In this document: positions 45,629-56,311 of the stretch, in pieces
Numbering within the stretch: position 1 is the first letter of the stretch
How the letters are laid out: each line of letters starts with the position of its first letter
Source: an uncultured Candidatus Binatia bacterium
GTDB taxonomy: Bacteria; Desulfobacterota; Binatia; UBA9968; JAJDTQ01
Reading direction: 5' to 3'
Length of the DNA: 64,000 nt
NCBI GenBank assembly: GCA_965215605.1
Contig: OZ244070.1
Span: 1,440,001-1,504,000 of the forward strand
Notes under the pieces: model-generated
What the model was told of the DNA's origin: nothing
The model's database searches: none
Seen by the model: only the letters and a program-made list of their open reading frames with translations
Program-made: the position numbers and the translations under genes

Positions 45629-45919
45629 ATGGCGGCAAAAGTGAAGCCTTTGCACGACAGGATCATCGTCAAGAGGCTCGAAGAGGAGGAGAAGACGGCC
45701 GGGGGCATCATCATCCCCGACGCGGCGAAGGAAAAGCCGCAGGAGGGCATGGTCGTCGCGGTCGGCTCGGGCAAGCGCGAGGACGGCAAGGTGTTGGCCC
45801 TCGACGTCAAGACCGGCGACAAGGTCCTGTTCGGGAAGTATTCCGGCACCGAGATCGAGCTGGACGGAGAAGAGCATCTCATCATGCGGGAAGACGATAT
45901 CCTGGGAATCGTCGAATAA
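45629..45919 (+). CDS. groES: Co-chaperonin GroES
   Basis: [25 protein letters not shown]. Confidence 0.99.
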   Translation: MAAKVKPLHDRIIVKRLEEEEKTAGGIIIPDAAKEKPQEGMVVAVGSGKREDGKVLALDVKTGDKVLFGKYSGTEIELDGEEHLIMREDDILGIVE

Positions 45920-47551
<1,632 letters not shown>

Positions 47552-47583
47552 GATCGGCGGGGCCCACTCGGAGCCCGCGACAG

Positions 47584-47620
47584 ACAAAAGGGGGAGGACC
47601 TGCGTCCTCCCCCTTTTTGT
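47584..47620. terminator. Bidirectional Rho-independent terminator
   Basis: ACAAAAGGGGGAGGAC-CTGC-GTCCTCCCCCTTTTTGT between convergent groEL and aroE. Confidence 0.88.
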
Positions 47621-47636
47621 TCGGAAGTCGGTGGCG

Positions 47637-48530
47637 TTACGACTCGTAGCCGAACGCCCGGAGCGATGCGAACATGACCTCCGTGTCCGGCTCGCCGCCG
47701 AACCAGGTGCGGAAGGATGCGGCGCCTTGGTGCACCAGCATGCCGATGCCCTCCACCGTTCGGCACCCCCGCCGCCTTGCCTCTCCGAGCAGCACGGTCT
47801 CCCGGGGCTGGTAGACGATATCGTAGACGGCGTGGCGCGGCTCGAGCAGCGCAGCGTCGATGGGACACCCCTGAACGTCCGGTGCCATGCCGGCGGAGGT
47901 GCAGTTGATGACGAGGTCGGCTCCGCTTCCGAGGACGGCGAACTCGGCCGGCGTGCCGGAGCGGACGGCGGTGCCGGCGGCGCTGTTTGCGGCGATGTCC
48001 CGTGCCAGCCTGCCGGTCTTTTCCGGGTCCCGGCCCAGTATGTTGAGCTCGGGAAGGTGGAAGGCATCCTGTCCGCCGCCCGCGCCGGCGCAACGGCCCC
48101 GTGCCAGCACGAAGGCCAGCGCCCGGGCCGCGCCGCCGGTTCCCAGCACCGTGACCCTTTTGCCGTCCAACTCGATCCCTGCCTGACGAAGGTTCAGCAC
48201 GGCGCCCGTGGCGTCGGTGGTGGTCCCCACCAGCCGGTGGCCTTCCCAGTAGAGCGTGTTGACGCTTCCGGTGAAGCGGGACTCCTCACTCAACCCGTCG
48301 AGATGCTCGATGACCGCCTGCTTGTGCGGGATGGTGACGTTGGCGCCGAGAAAACCCATGCCGCGGAGGCCGGCGATGACCTCGCCCAGAGCCTCGGGCG
48401 GGCACGGCAAGGGAACGTAGCAAGCGTTCAGGCCCGCCGCCTGGATGGCGGCGTTGTGCATCACCGGCGACATGGAATGCTCCACCGGCCATCCCAGAAC
48501 ACCCAGAAGCTTGGTGGTTCCGTCGATCAT
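47637..48530 (-). CDS. aroE: Shikimate dehydrogenase
   Basis: HSMSP.MHN, GANVTIPHK, SVNT, GTGGAARA, DIVY.P, GIGMLVHQG. Confidence 0.93.
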   Translation of the reverse strand: MIDGTTKLLGVLGWPVEHSMSPVMHNAAIQAAGLNACYVPLPCPPEALGEVIAGLRGMGFLGANVTIPHKQAVIEHLDGLSEESRFTGSVNTLYWEGHRLVGTTTDATGAVLNLRQAGIELDGKRVTVLGTGGAARALAFVLARGRCAGAGGGQDAFHLPELNILGRDPEKTGRLARDIAANSAAGTAVRSGTPAEFAVLGSGADLVINCTSAGMAPDVQGCPIDAALLEPRHAVYDIVYQPRETVLLGEARRRGCRTVEGIGMLVHQGAASFRTWFGGEPDTEVMFASLRAFGYES

Positions 48531-49342
48531 GATTCCCGCGGGGTGTCGCCGGTCGGCAGCCGGAACAGCGTCCGGGTGTTGCGGCTGGTGGCCTCGGCGA
48601 CTTCTTCAACGCCGATACCACGGGCCTGGGCCAGGGTCTCGGCCACGTAGCGGACGTAGGCGGGCTCGTTGCGCCGCCCGCGCTTGGGCACGGGGGCCAG
48701 GAACGGCGCGTCGGTCTCGATGAGCAGCCGGTCCAGGGGCGCCCAGCGGGCGACGTCCCGCAAGCCTTCGGCGTTCTTGAAGGTGACGATGCCCGAGAAC
48801 GACAGGTAGAAGCCGAGGTCGAGGAACGAGCGGGCGGCCGCCGCGTCGCTCGTGAAGCAATGGATCACCCCCTCCAGCTTTCCGCCGCCGCGGTTTCGAA
48901 TCGTCTCCGCCACCTCCCGGTCCGATTCCCGGTTGTGGACCACGATGGGCAGCCGCGTCTCCACGGCCAGGCCGGCGAAGCGGTCGAACATCTCCCTTTG
49001 GATGTCCCGGGGCGAGTTGTCGTAGTGGAAGTCGAGGCCGGTCTCGCCGATGGCGACGACTTTGGGATGCCCGGCGAGGCCGCGCAGCCGGTCCATGTCT
49101 TCCGGGGCCACGTCCTTGGCATCATGAGGGTGCATGCCCACGGTGGCGTAGAGCCCCGGGTGTTGTTCCGCCAGTCTCACCGCCGCGTCGTTGGTGGAGA
49201 GGTCCCCGGCGCCTCCGACGACGATCAAGGTGTCGACGCCGGCTTCCCTGGCCCGGGCCAGCACCTCGTGGCGGTCCTCGTCGAACTCCTCGGTCTGGAT
49301 GTGGCAGTGGGTGTCGATGAGAGGTGGACGGCCGGTATTCAT
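48527..49342 (-). CDS. tatD: TatD family DNase
   Basis: DTHCH, GMHPH, GETGLD, HNRE, HCF, ETDAPFLAP. Confidence 0.93.
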   Translation of the reverse strand: MNTGRPPLIDTHCHIQTEEFDEDRHEVLARAREAGVDTLIVVGGAGDLSTNDAAVRLAEQHPGLYATVGMHPHDAKDVAPEDMDRLRGLAGHPKVVAIGETGLDFHYDNSPRDIQREMFDRFAGLAVETRLPIVVHNRESDREVAETIRNRGGGKLEGVIHCFTSDAAAARSFLDLGFYLSFSGIVTFKNAEGLRDVARWAPLDRLLIETDAPFLAPVPKRGRRNEPAYVRYVAETLAQARGIGVEEVAEATSRNTRTLFRLPTGDTPRES

Positions 49343-49403
49343 GTGACTCATCTCGAAGATGTGGAGGGTTGCGAGTTCGGCGTTTCTTCCGGCAGCACTG
49401 CTT

Positions 49404-49430
49404 CTGGATTCCCGCTTTCGCGGGAATGAC
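49404..49430. repeat. REP-like palindrome (second family)
   Basis: CTGGATTCCCGCTTTCGCGGGAATGAC between metG and tatD. Confidence 0.7.
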
Positions 49431-49443
49431 GGGGAGGCGGGAA

Positions 49444-50985
49444 TCACTCTGCGTCGGTTTCCGTCTCCTCGATCCGTGGGAAGAGGATCTCGGGCGGCTG
49501 GACCTGGTGCCCCTCGGGGAAGGAGCCGCCCCACTCAGCCTTGAGCGTGTCACTGGCGGGAAGTCCCAGGAGCCTTCGCACCGCGGCGCCGGTCTCCGGG
49601 AGAAAAGGCGCCAGCAGTTCGCCGGTAAGCCGTACGCTCTCCAGCACATGGTGCAGGATCTCGCCCACCCGCCCTTTCTGATCCGGGTCCTTCACGAGGG
49701 TGAACGGCGCCGTCTGCACGATGTACTGGTTGGTCTTGTCCAACGCCACGAAAATCGATTCCAGCGCCCGGTGGAAGGCCATCTCCTCCATGTGCCGGTC
49801 CACGTTTTCCGCCGCCGCCATGAAGGCTTCCTTCAACTCCCGGTCCTCGGGCCGGGCGCCGTCGCCCGCGGGCTGCACCATGCCGCCGAAATACCGTTTC
49901 TGCATGGCCAGCACGCGGCTCACGAGGTTGCCGAAATTGTTGGCCAGGTCAGCGTTGACGCGGTTCACGAACGCTTCCATGGAGAAGGTCGCGTCCTGGC
50001 CGAACACCATCTCCCGCAACAGGTAGTAGCGGAACGCGTCCATGCCGTAGCGTTCCTTCATGTCCAGGGGGCGGATGACGTTGCCCAGGCTCTTGGACAT
50101 CTTGCCCTTGTCCATGATCCAGTAGCCGTGGACGTTGAGCCGGTGGTAGAGCGGCAGCCCCGCGGCCATGAGCATGGTGGGCCAGAACACGGCGTGGGGC
50201 TTGAGGATGTCCTTGGCGATGAGGTGGTTGCAGCAGGGCCAGTAGGCGTCGAAGAAATCCGCGCCCTTGTGTTCCAGCGCGCTCACGTAGTTGATGAGCG
50301 CGTCGAACCACACGTAGGTGACGTAGTCCCCGTCGAAGGGCAACGGGATACCCCACTGCAGCCGGCTCTTGGGCCGGGAGATGCACAGGTCTTCCAGCGG
50401 CTCGCGCAGGAGCGAAAGCACCTCCGCGCGATACCGCTGCGGAGTGACGAAATCGGGGTTCTCGTTGAGGTGCTCGATCAGGCGGTCCTGGTACTTGCCC
50501 ATGCGGAAGAAGTAGTTCTTCTCCTCGATGTAGGCGGCCTCGGTCTGGTGGTCCGGGCACTTGCCGTCCTGCAGCTCCTTCTCGGTGTAGAAGCGCTCGC
50601 AGCCGTAGCAGTAGAACCCGCCGTACTCGCCGAAATAGATGTCGCCGGCGTCGTGGATGTGCTGCAGGATCCGGCTCACCGTGGCCTTGTGGTAGTCGTC
50701 GGTGGTGCGGATGAAATGGTCGTAGGCGATGCCGCAGGTGTCCCAGGTGGAGCGGAACAGCCCGCTGATCCGGTCCGCGTAGGCCTTGGGGTCGATGTTG
50801 TCCGCGGCCGCCGTCTGGGCGATCTTGTCGCCGTGCTCGTCGGTGCCGGTGAGAAAATACGCGTCCCTGCCGCGCATGCGGTGGTAGCGCTTCAGCGTGT
50901 CCGCGATGATGGTCGTGTAGGTGTGGCCGAGGTGCGGCTGGGCGTTCACGTAGTAGATCGGGGTGGTGAAGTATATGCGGTCCAT
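49444..50985 (-). CDS. metG: Methionyl-tRNA synthetase (no C-terminal tRNA-binding appendix)
   Basis: TTPIYYVN..PHLGH, GTDEHG, YVWFDAL, KMSKS. Confidence 0.97.
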   Translation of the reverse strand: MDRIYFTTPIYYVNAQPHLGHTYTTIIADTLKRYHRMRGRDAYFLTGTDEHGDKIAQTAAADNIDPKAYADRISGLFRSTWDTCGIAYDHFIRTTDDYHKATVSRILQHIHDAGDIYFGEYGGFYCYGCERFYTEKELQDGKCPDHQTEAAYIEEKNYFFRMGKYQDRLIEHLNENPDFVTPQRYRAEVLSLLREPLEDLCISRPKSRLQWGIPLPFDGDYVTYVWFDALINYVSALEHKGADFFDAYWPCCNHLIAKDILKPHAVFWPTMLMAAGLPLYHRLNVHGYWIMDKGKMSKSLGNVIRPLDMKERYGMDAFRYYLLREMVFGQDATFSMEAFVNRVNADLANNFGNLVSRVLAMQKRYFGGMVQPAGDGARPEDRELKEAFMAAAENVDRHMEEMAFHRALESIFVALDKTNQYIVQTAPFTLVKDPDQKGRVGEILHHVLESVRLTGELLAPFLPETGAAVRRLLGLPASDTLKAEWGGSFPEGHQVQPPEILFPRIEETETDAE

Positions 50986-51004
50986 GGCGGTCTGACGATC
51001 CTTT

Positions 51005-51988
51005 TCAAGCGAGTAGTCTGGGAATGAAGCCTTCCAGCACCATGCGCCGGTTGAAATTCCGGTGAATGGCCCGGGTGGCGTTGTCGATCTCGACCAGAGC
51101 CTCCGTGGATTGCGTCACCCGCCGTTCCGCGGCGGCGCGCCGGAGCGGCTCCAGCAGGTCCCGGTTGTAGATCGCCGAGGGGGAGCCGGTTACCTGGAGC
51201 ACCATGATATCGCGCAACCATCCCTTGACCCATTCCAGGAATCGCAGCGTCTTCTCCCGGTCGGCGCCCATCTCCTCGGCCAGCGCCGTGATCCCGCGCA
51301 TGTCGCCGGATGCCAGACCAGCCAGCCGGCGGAAGCATACCTGCCTCTCCTCCAGCATCCCTTCATCGTCGCCGGCCAGCGCCCTGCCCAAGCTGCCGTA
51401 GCCCAGGGCGGCCAGCAGCAGTGCCCGTTCCTCGGGGACTTCCTTGCGCCGCGCCACCGCCACCGCCGCCTGCTCCACCGTCAGCGGGGAGAACCGGAGC
51501 CGGAGACAGCGGGACAGCACCGTGGGCAGGACCCCGCCGGTGCTGTCGGCGACGAGGATCAGCAGGGACTCGCCGGGGGGCTCCTCCAGCGTCTTGAGCA
51601 GCGCGTTCTGGGCATGGAGGTTCATGCGCGTCAACGGGTCGACGACGGCGATCTTCTTCTTGCCGCTGAAGCGGTGCAGGGCCAGGTCCCGCTGCAGCCC
51701 CCTCACCTGCTCGATGGCGATGTCCCGCTTGCCCTTGCGCTGTTCCAGCCAGTGCACATCCGGGTGGTTGCGGTCGTCGACACAACGGCAGCTCGCGCAC
51801 TCGCCGCAGCCGTCTCCGGCCCCTTCCGGGCATTGGACCGCCGCTGCCAGCGCGGTGGCCACGGCGCGCTTGCCGGTTCCTTCCGGGCCCACGAAGAGGT
51901 AGGCGTGATGCAGCCGGTCGCGCTGGACGGCCCGCCGCAGCAGCTCGATCTGGCCCTGGTGGCCGACGATGTCCTGAAACCTCGGCAT
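51005..51988 (-). CDS. holB: DNA polymerase III delta' subunit
   Basis: HAYLFVGPEGTGK, C..C..C, HPD, NALLKTLEEPP, SRC. Confidence 0.93.
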   Translation of the reverse strand: MPRFQDIVGHQGQIELLRRAVQRDRLHHAYLFVGPEGTGKRAVATALAAAVQCPEGAGDGCGECASCRCVDDRNHPDVHWLEQRKGKRDIAIEQVRGLQRDLALHRFSGKKKIAVVDPLTRMNLHAQNALLKTLEEPPGESLLILVADSTGGVLPTVLSRCLRLRFSPLTVEQAAVAVARRKEVPEERALLLAALGYGSLGRALAGDDEGMLEERQVCFRRLAGLASGDMRGITALAEEMGADREKTLRFLEWVKGWLRDIMVLQVTGSPSAIYNRDLLEPLRRAAAERRVTQSTEALVEIDNATRAIHRNFNRRMVLEGFIPRLLA

Positions 51989-52001
51989 CGTGCTCTTGGC
52001 C

Positions 52002-52652
52002 TTATGCCCCGCCGGCCCCCGCGCCCAGCCGCTCGGCGACGACCCGCCGGACCTGCTCCTGGGTGGCCTCCACCGGACCGTCGGAACGGACCACCACGCA
52101 ACGTGAAGGCTCGGCCTCCGCGAGCTCCCGGAAGCCCTCGCGCACCCGGCTGTGGAACGCCGCGCCCTCGGCCTCGAAACGGTCTTCCCTCACCGCCTGC
52201 CGGTCCATCCGCTCCGCGGCCCGGGCCAGCGCCGCCTCCACCGGACAGTCCAGGATGATGGTGAGCTCCGGCATGGTGCCGCCCGTCGCCACGAGATTCA
52301 ACCGGCGCAACAGCTCCAGGTCCATGCCGCGCCCGTAACCCTGGTATGCCAGGGTCGAGTCGGCGTAGCGGTCGGACATCACGAGCCTGCCCTGCTCGAA
52401 GGCCGGTCGGACCACCTCGCGCACGTGCTGAGCCCGGTCAGCCAGGACCAGGAAGAGCTCGGTCTCGTCGGACAGGGAGTCCGGGCCGCCCTCCACCAGA
52501 AGCCGTCTGATCTCCTTGCCCATCCGGGTGTCGCCCGGTTCCCGGGTAATCAGGGGAGCTACCCCGCGGGTATCCAGATACTCGCCGAGCAACCTGATGT
52601 GCCGGGTCTTTCCCGACCCGTCACCTCCCTCGATGGTCACAAAACGCAACAT
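52002..52652 (-). CDS. tmk: Thymidylate kinase
   Basis: EGGDGSGKT, REPG, DRYADSTLAYQG. Confidence 0.96.
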   Translation of the reverse strand: MLRFVTIEGGDGSGKTRHIRLLGEYLDTRGVAPLITREPGDTRMGKEIRRLLVEGGPDSLSDETELFLVLADRAQHVREVVRPAFEQGRLVMSDRYADSTLAYQGYGRGMDLELLRRLNLVATGGTMPELTIILDCPVEAALARAAERMDRQAVREDRFEAEGAAFHSRVREGFRELAEAEPSRCVVVRSDGPVEATQEQVRRVVAERLGAGAGGA

Positions 52653-52889
52653 TCGAACCCGCGGTGGTCAACGGCTGCCCCGCCCGATCGAGGCGGGCTC
52701 GCAGCATGGACAGGATATTACACGAGAATGGGACGGCTGCCCAACCGGACGGCTGCGCAGCCGGCGCCGTCCGGCCGCCGGGGGGAGAACCCGTATTGCA
52801 AGGCGGCCCTTTGTTCTGATACGGCTGGTCCGGGCGGCAGCGTAGAGGCGACGCTCCCACCGGGGGCGTCCTCAACAAGAGAGGGCTCC

Positions 52890-53792
52890 ATGCGCGGGAC
52901 CACGCCGAGACGAATGCAGGGGATGGCCGACCCGGTGCTGGCCTCCATGGTCCATGACATGGGAATGGAGGAGGTGCCCCACTACGCCAGTCGTTCCGGG
53001 AAGGTGGTCGCCTATACGCAACGCTGGACGGAGAACGCCAAGTTCCGGGACGGTCCGGTGAACCCGCAACGGGTGGAAGTAACGGACCGGTCCGCCATGA
53101 CCGCGCGGATCAAGGCGAAGGCGCGGGAACTGGGCGCCGACCTGGTGGGGATCTGCCGGCTCACTCCCAGCATGGTCGACCTGGGGAAGGAGGTCCCCCA
53201 CGAGTTCGTGATCGCCGCCTGCATCACCGAGGACTACCACAAGGTGCTGGAAGGAGCGGACGCGGTGGAGGAGGAGGCCATGCGGGTCTACGCGGCGTGC
53301 TCCGACCTGTCCACCGAACTGGCGGCGTACATCCGCGACCTGGGATATCCGGCCTGGGCTCATCACAACGGCGTCCGGGAAGTCCAGGCCATACCGGTCT
53401 TCTACCAGGTGGGGTTCGGCGAGTTGGGCCGGCACGGGAGCCTCATCAACGAGAAGTACGGCGCCGACTTCAGGCCCGGGATGGTCACCACCGACCTGCC
53501 CCTGGACGTGGACGAGCCGCGGGAGTTCGGCGTCCAGGACTTCTGCATGAACTGCAACGTCTGCATGCGGAACTGCCCGGGCGACGCCATCCCCGAGGAC
53601 TACGTGGTCACCGACGGCATCAAGCGCTGGTTGATCGACCTGGAGAAGTGCTACCCCTACTCCCGCCTGCGCGACGAGTACTGCCACCTGTGCGTGGACG
53701 TCTGCCCCTACAACGTCCGCAGCCACCGCACCACCTTCAAGACCTTCATGAAGGAGCGCAAGCGGGCGGGCTACAAGACCCCCAAGTACTGA
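52890..53792 (+). CDS. Reductive dehalogenase/QueG-like cobalamin and 2x[4Fe-4S] protein
   Basis: IK..A..LGADLVGI, IRDLGYPA, GFGELGRHG, VTTDLPL..D.P..FGV..FCxxCxxCxxxCP..AI, W..D.EKC...CxxCxxxCPYN. Confidence 0.8.
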   Translation: MRGTTPRRMQGMADPVLASMVHDMGMEEVPHYASRSGKVVAYTQRWTENAKFRDGPVNPQRVEVTDRSAMTARIKAKARELGADLVGICRLTPSMVDLGKEVPHEFVIAACITEDYHKVLEGADAVEEEAMRVYAACSDLSTELAAYIRDLGYPAWAHHNGVREVQAIPVFYQVGFGELGRHGSLINEKYGADFRPGMVTTDLPLDVDEPREFGVQDFCMNCNVCMRNCPGDAIPEDYVVTDGIKRWLIDLEKCYPYSRLRDEYCHLCVDVCPYNVRSHRTTFKTFMKERKRAGYKTPKY

Positions 53793-53808
53793 GGCACCGA
53801 GGCACGGC

Positions 53809-53967
53809 GTGGGCAAGTTCTACCTTCAGGAGCGCCGGCCCGACGGCGAGGTCAGCACGGTGGGGCTGTTCTACTCGCGCGAAGAAGCGGAGGAGGTCAT
53901 CGCCGAGCTCCGGGAACTGCCGGACAAGCAGGGCTGCGAATACGTCCTGGTCCGGCCTCCCGAGTAG
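53809..53967 (+). CDS. Small hypothetical protein (52 aa)
   Basis: Manual translation VGKFYLQERRPDGEVSTVGLFYSREEAEEVIAELRELPDKQGCEYVLVRPPE*. High GC3, GAGG upstream; below the ORF-track cutoff. Confidence 0.55.
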   Translation: MGKFYLQERRPDGEVSTVGLFYSREEAEEVIAELRELPDKQGCEYVLVRPPE

Positions 53968-54039
53968 TCCGGAAGGCCCTGATGCCGGCAGTCTCTGACC
54001 GCCGGGACGGTCTCGCGGCCGTCATCGCCGGCGGCGAAG

Positions 54040-54630
54040 TCACAATCCCAGGTTGGCGGGGGTCACGACCGAGCGTAGCGTGTGTGTGCGGTACCCGCCG
54101 TTCGACGGGTAGCGCGGGTCCCGTTTGCCCGTCCTCGCCGTCACGGTAACGCGGATTCGCCGTATCTCGGCCGCAACCGTGGTGGCGTTGCCCGCGGCGC
54201 CGAGGTGCTCCACCGTGAAGTCCTGGACGTCTTCCGCAACCGGCTGGCCGCCGCCCCCGGTGTCGCGCTTGAGCTGCAGGCGGGCGGGGTCGTGGAAATA
54301 GACTACCCGCTCGTTGGCGTCGGACACGTCCCCGTCGCCGTTGTGGTCGGCCGTGATGATGAGCCGGTCGGGATGGTGGAAGAGTCCCGCGAGCCCGGAC
54401 CCCGCCGGGTCGTACCCCGCCGTCCGCGCCTCCCGGATCACCAGGGACATGGCCGCGCGGGCGGTCTGTTGCATGGCGTTGAGCTGTTCCTGGAGATCGT
54501 AGGCGGTGATCTGGCCGGTAAAGCTCGTGGCCGCCGCCGCCAACAGGATTCCCTGGATCGACAGCACCACCAGCAGCTCGATCAGCGTGAATCCCCGATC
54601 CTGGCGCTTGTCCGTTTTACGCGAAATCAC
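54040..54630 (-). CDS. pilW: PilW-like minor pilin
   Basis: G|FTLIELLVVL class III signal, MQQTARAAM..VIRE.R.AGY. GTG start overlaps the upstream TGA. Confidence 0.82.
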   Translation of the reverse strand: MISRKTDKRQDRGFTLIELLVVLSIQGILLAAAATSFTGQITAYDLQEQLNAMQQTARAAMSLVIREARTAGYDPAGSGLAGLFHHPDRLIITADHNGDGDVSDANERVVYFHDPARLQLKRDTGGGGQPVAEDVQDFTVEHLGAAGNATTVAAEIRRIRVTVTARTGKRDPRYPSNGGYRTHTLRSVVTPANLGL

Positions 54631-54998
54631 CGGGCCAGAATTGTTCGGAGGACTGCCGAGCGCGCGTCCCGGCGCCAGTACACCGTCACCGTGACCGTGC
54701 TCAAGCCGGCTTCGGGGGCATCTTGGCGGACATCGGTGACCCGCCTGTAGGAAGGGAAGCCGGGTATCGTCCCGTAGTCCTCGGTGGCCGTGAGCGGGCT
54801 TCCTCCGGCGAGGCCCTTGAGGCCTTCGATCCGGTCCTGCGCCAGCAGCGTGGCCACCCCGTGATGCCGGCTCGCGCGGTTCCCCTCCATGACCCCGACC
54901 GTAAGACGCACGATCCCCAGGAGAGCCGTGGACAGGATCAACATCGCCACCAGCAGTTCGATCATGGAGAAACCTGCGCGCGCGAGGCATGGTTGCAT
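54627..54998 (-). CDS. pilV: PilV-like minor pilin
   Basis: G|FSMIELLVAMLIL, A..LAQDRIE.LK, VTVTV.W. Confidence 0.82.
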   Translation of the reverse strand: MQPCLARAGFSMIELLVAMLILSTALLGIVRLTVGVMEGNRASRHHGVATLLAQDRIEGLKGLAGGSPLTATEDYGTIPGFPSYRRVTDVRQDAPEAGLSTVTVTVYWRRDARSAVLRTILAR

Positions 54999-55009
54999 GA
55001 CGCGCGGCC

Positions 55010-55480
55010 TCACCGGATCCGCACCCGGCCGGCGATACTGACGCTGACCCGCTTCGAGCCGGCGGCGTTGGCGAGCGTTATGGTGGCGAGGCTGCTGGCC
55101 GTACCCCGGGGACTGAAGACCGGATTGTTGTTGGAATGCATCACCACGCCCTCGTAGTCGGTTCTCAGGTCCCGGGTAAGGGTCCATTCCCCGGGGTCCA
55201 CGGTGCCGTCATTGTCCGCATCGTCGAGGATCCTGTACTCATGCCGGCTGACGAAGAACACCCGGTAGCGGTTGTTCCTCTGGATTGCCCGCATGCGCGC
55301 CCACATGAGGTCCCCGGTAAGCTGGCGCGCGGCGCCGTTCAGCCGGTGCCTCGGCATGACCTTCAGGTACGCCGGAACGGCAATGGCGATCATGATGCCG
55401 GCCAAGGCCAGGGTGATCAGTTGCCCCAGCAGCGAGAATCCCGCGGTCCGTTGGATCGCTCGCGGCGAAGACTCGCTCAT
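55010..55480 (-). CDS. fimT: FimT/FimU (GspH-like) minor pilin
   Basis: G|FSLLGQLITLAL..I..IAVP, L.GAARQL..DL..ARM.AI, F.PRG, V.VS..GRVRI. Confidence 0.8.
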   Translation of the reverse strand: MSESSPRAIQRTAGFSLLGQLITLALAGIMIAIAVPAYLKVMPRHRLNGAARQLTGDLMWARMRAIQRNNRYRVFFVSRHEYRILDDADNDGTVDPGEWTLTRDLRTDYEGVVMHSNNNPVFSPRGTASSLATITLANAAGSKRVSVSIAGRVRIR

Positions 55481-56253
55481 CCTCTGAAGACCCGCACCAA
55501 GGCGGCCATGCCCAGGAACGGTCCGAACGGCAACGGCGTCGCCAGCGAGACGTCGCTTCGGAACGCCGTGAGGCCGATGCCCCAGAGGGACCCCGCCAGA
55601 GCGCCCAGGAAGAGGACGCCGGGAACGCCGTCCCAGCCCATGAAGGCGCCGATCATCGCCAGCAGCTTCACGTCTCCGCCGCCCAGGCCGTCCCTGCCGG
55701 TGACCGCGCGGTAGCCCCGGGCCGTGGCCAGCAGCACGCCCCCGCCCAACAACGCCCCTAGCAGGGAGCCCGCCGGCGTCGGCAGTTCCGGGATCGAAAG
55801 CGCCGGGCCGCACCACGACAGAACGAACCCCCACGCGGTGCCGTAGACGGTGACGGCGTCGGGGATGATTCCCGTTTCGATGTCGATGACGGCCGCCGCC
55901 AGCAGCGTGCCGGCGAGGGAGAGCCGGGCCACGAGGAGGGGGCCGGGGCCAAACCGGCGGTACCCCGCCACCGTCATGGCGGCGGCGCCGAGTTCCACCA
56001 GGAAATAGCGCGGGGAAATGCGGACGCCGCAACCGGCGCACCGCCCGTGCAACAGAATGTAGCTGGCCAGCGGGACCTTGGCCCAGACCGGAAGCCGCCG
56101 CTTGCAGGCACGGCAATGCGATGCCGGAAAGAGGATCGACTCGCCGGCGGGGAGCCGGGTGATGCAGACGTTCAGAAAGCTGCCGATGCAGCACCCGAAA
56201 AGGAAGAGCAGGAGTCCCTGCGCCTGTTCCGCAATCGCCGTGGTTCCCGCCAT
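55477..56253 (-). CDS. pilD: Prepilin peptidase/N-methyltransferase
   Basis: GSFLNVCI.RLP, CxxC...CxxC, ID...IIPD, GGGDVKL, PFGPFL. Confidence 0.93.
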   Translation of the reverse strand: MAGTTAIAEQAQGLLLFLFGCCIGSFLNVCITRLPAGESILFPASHCRACKRRLPVWAKVPLASYILLHGRCAGCGVRISPRYFLVELGAAAMTVAGYRRFGPGPLLVARLSLAGTLLAAAVIDIETGIIPDAVTVYGTAWGFVLSWCGPALSIPELPTPAGSLLGALLGGGVLLATARGYRAVTGRDGLGGGDVKLLAMIGAFMGWDGVPGVLFLGALAGSLWGIGLTAFRSDVSLATPLPFGPFLGMAALVRVFRG

Positions 56254-56260
56254 GAAGGAA

Positions 56261-56287
56261 TAGTCGGCGGAAGCGGACGGAACTTAA
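56261..56287 (-). promoter_or_regulatory. Sigma28 (FliA-type) promoter candidate of pilD operon
   Basis: TTAAGTTC-N11-GCCGACTA, 7 nt before the pilD ATG; no SD, so probably leaderless. Confidence 0.62.
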
Positions 56288-56311
56288 GCCCGTGGTGAAG
56301 GGATCTTCGGG

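Noticed and set aside
45604-45630. Possible CIRCE element before groES
   Set aside because: Only a partial CACTC half-site; the right arm does not match TTAGCACTC-N9-GAGTGCTAA
49343-49534. N-terminal extension of TatD
   Set aside because: It translates through a REP palindrome and overlaps metG; the real start is near 49342
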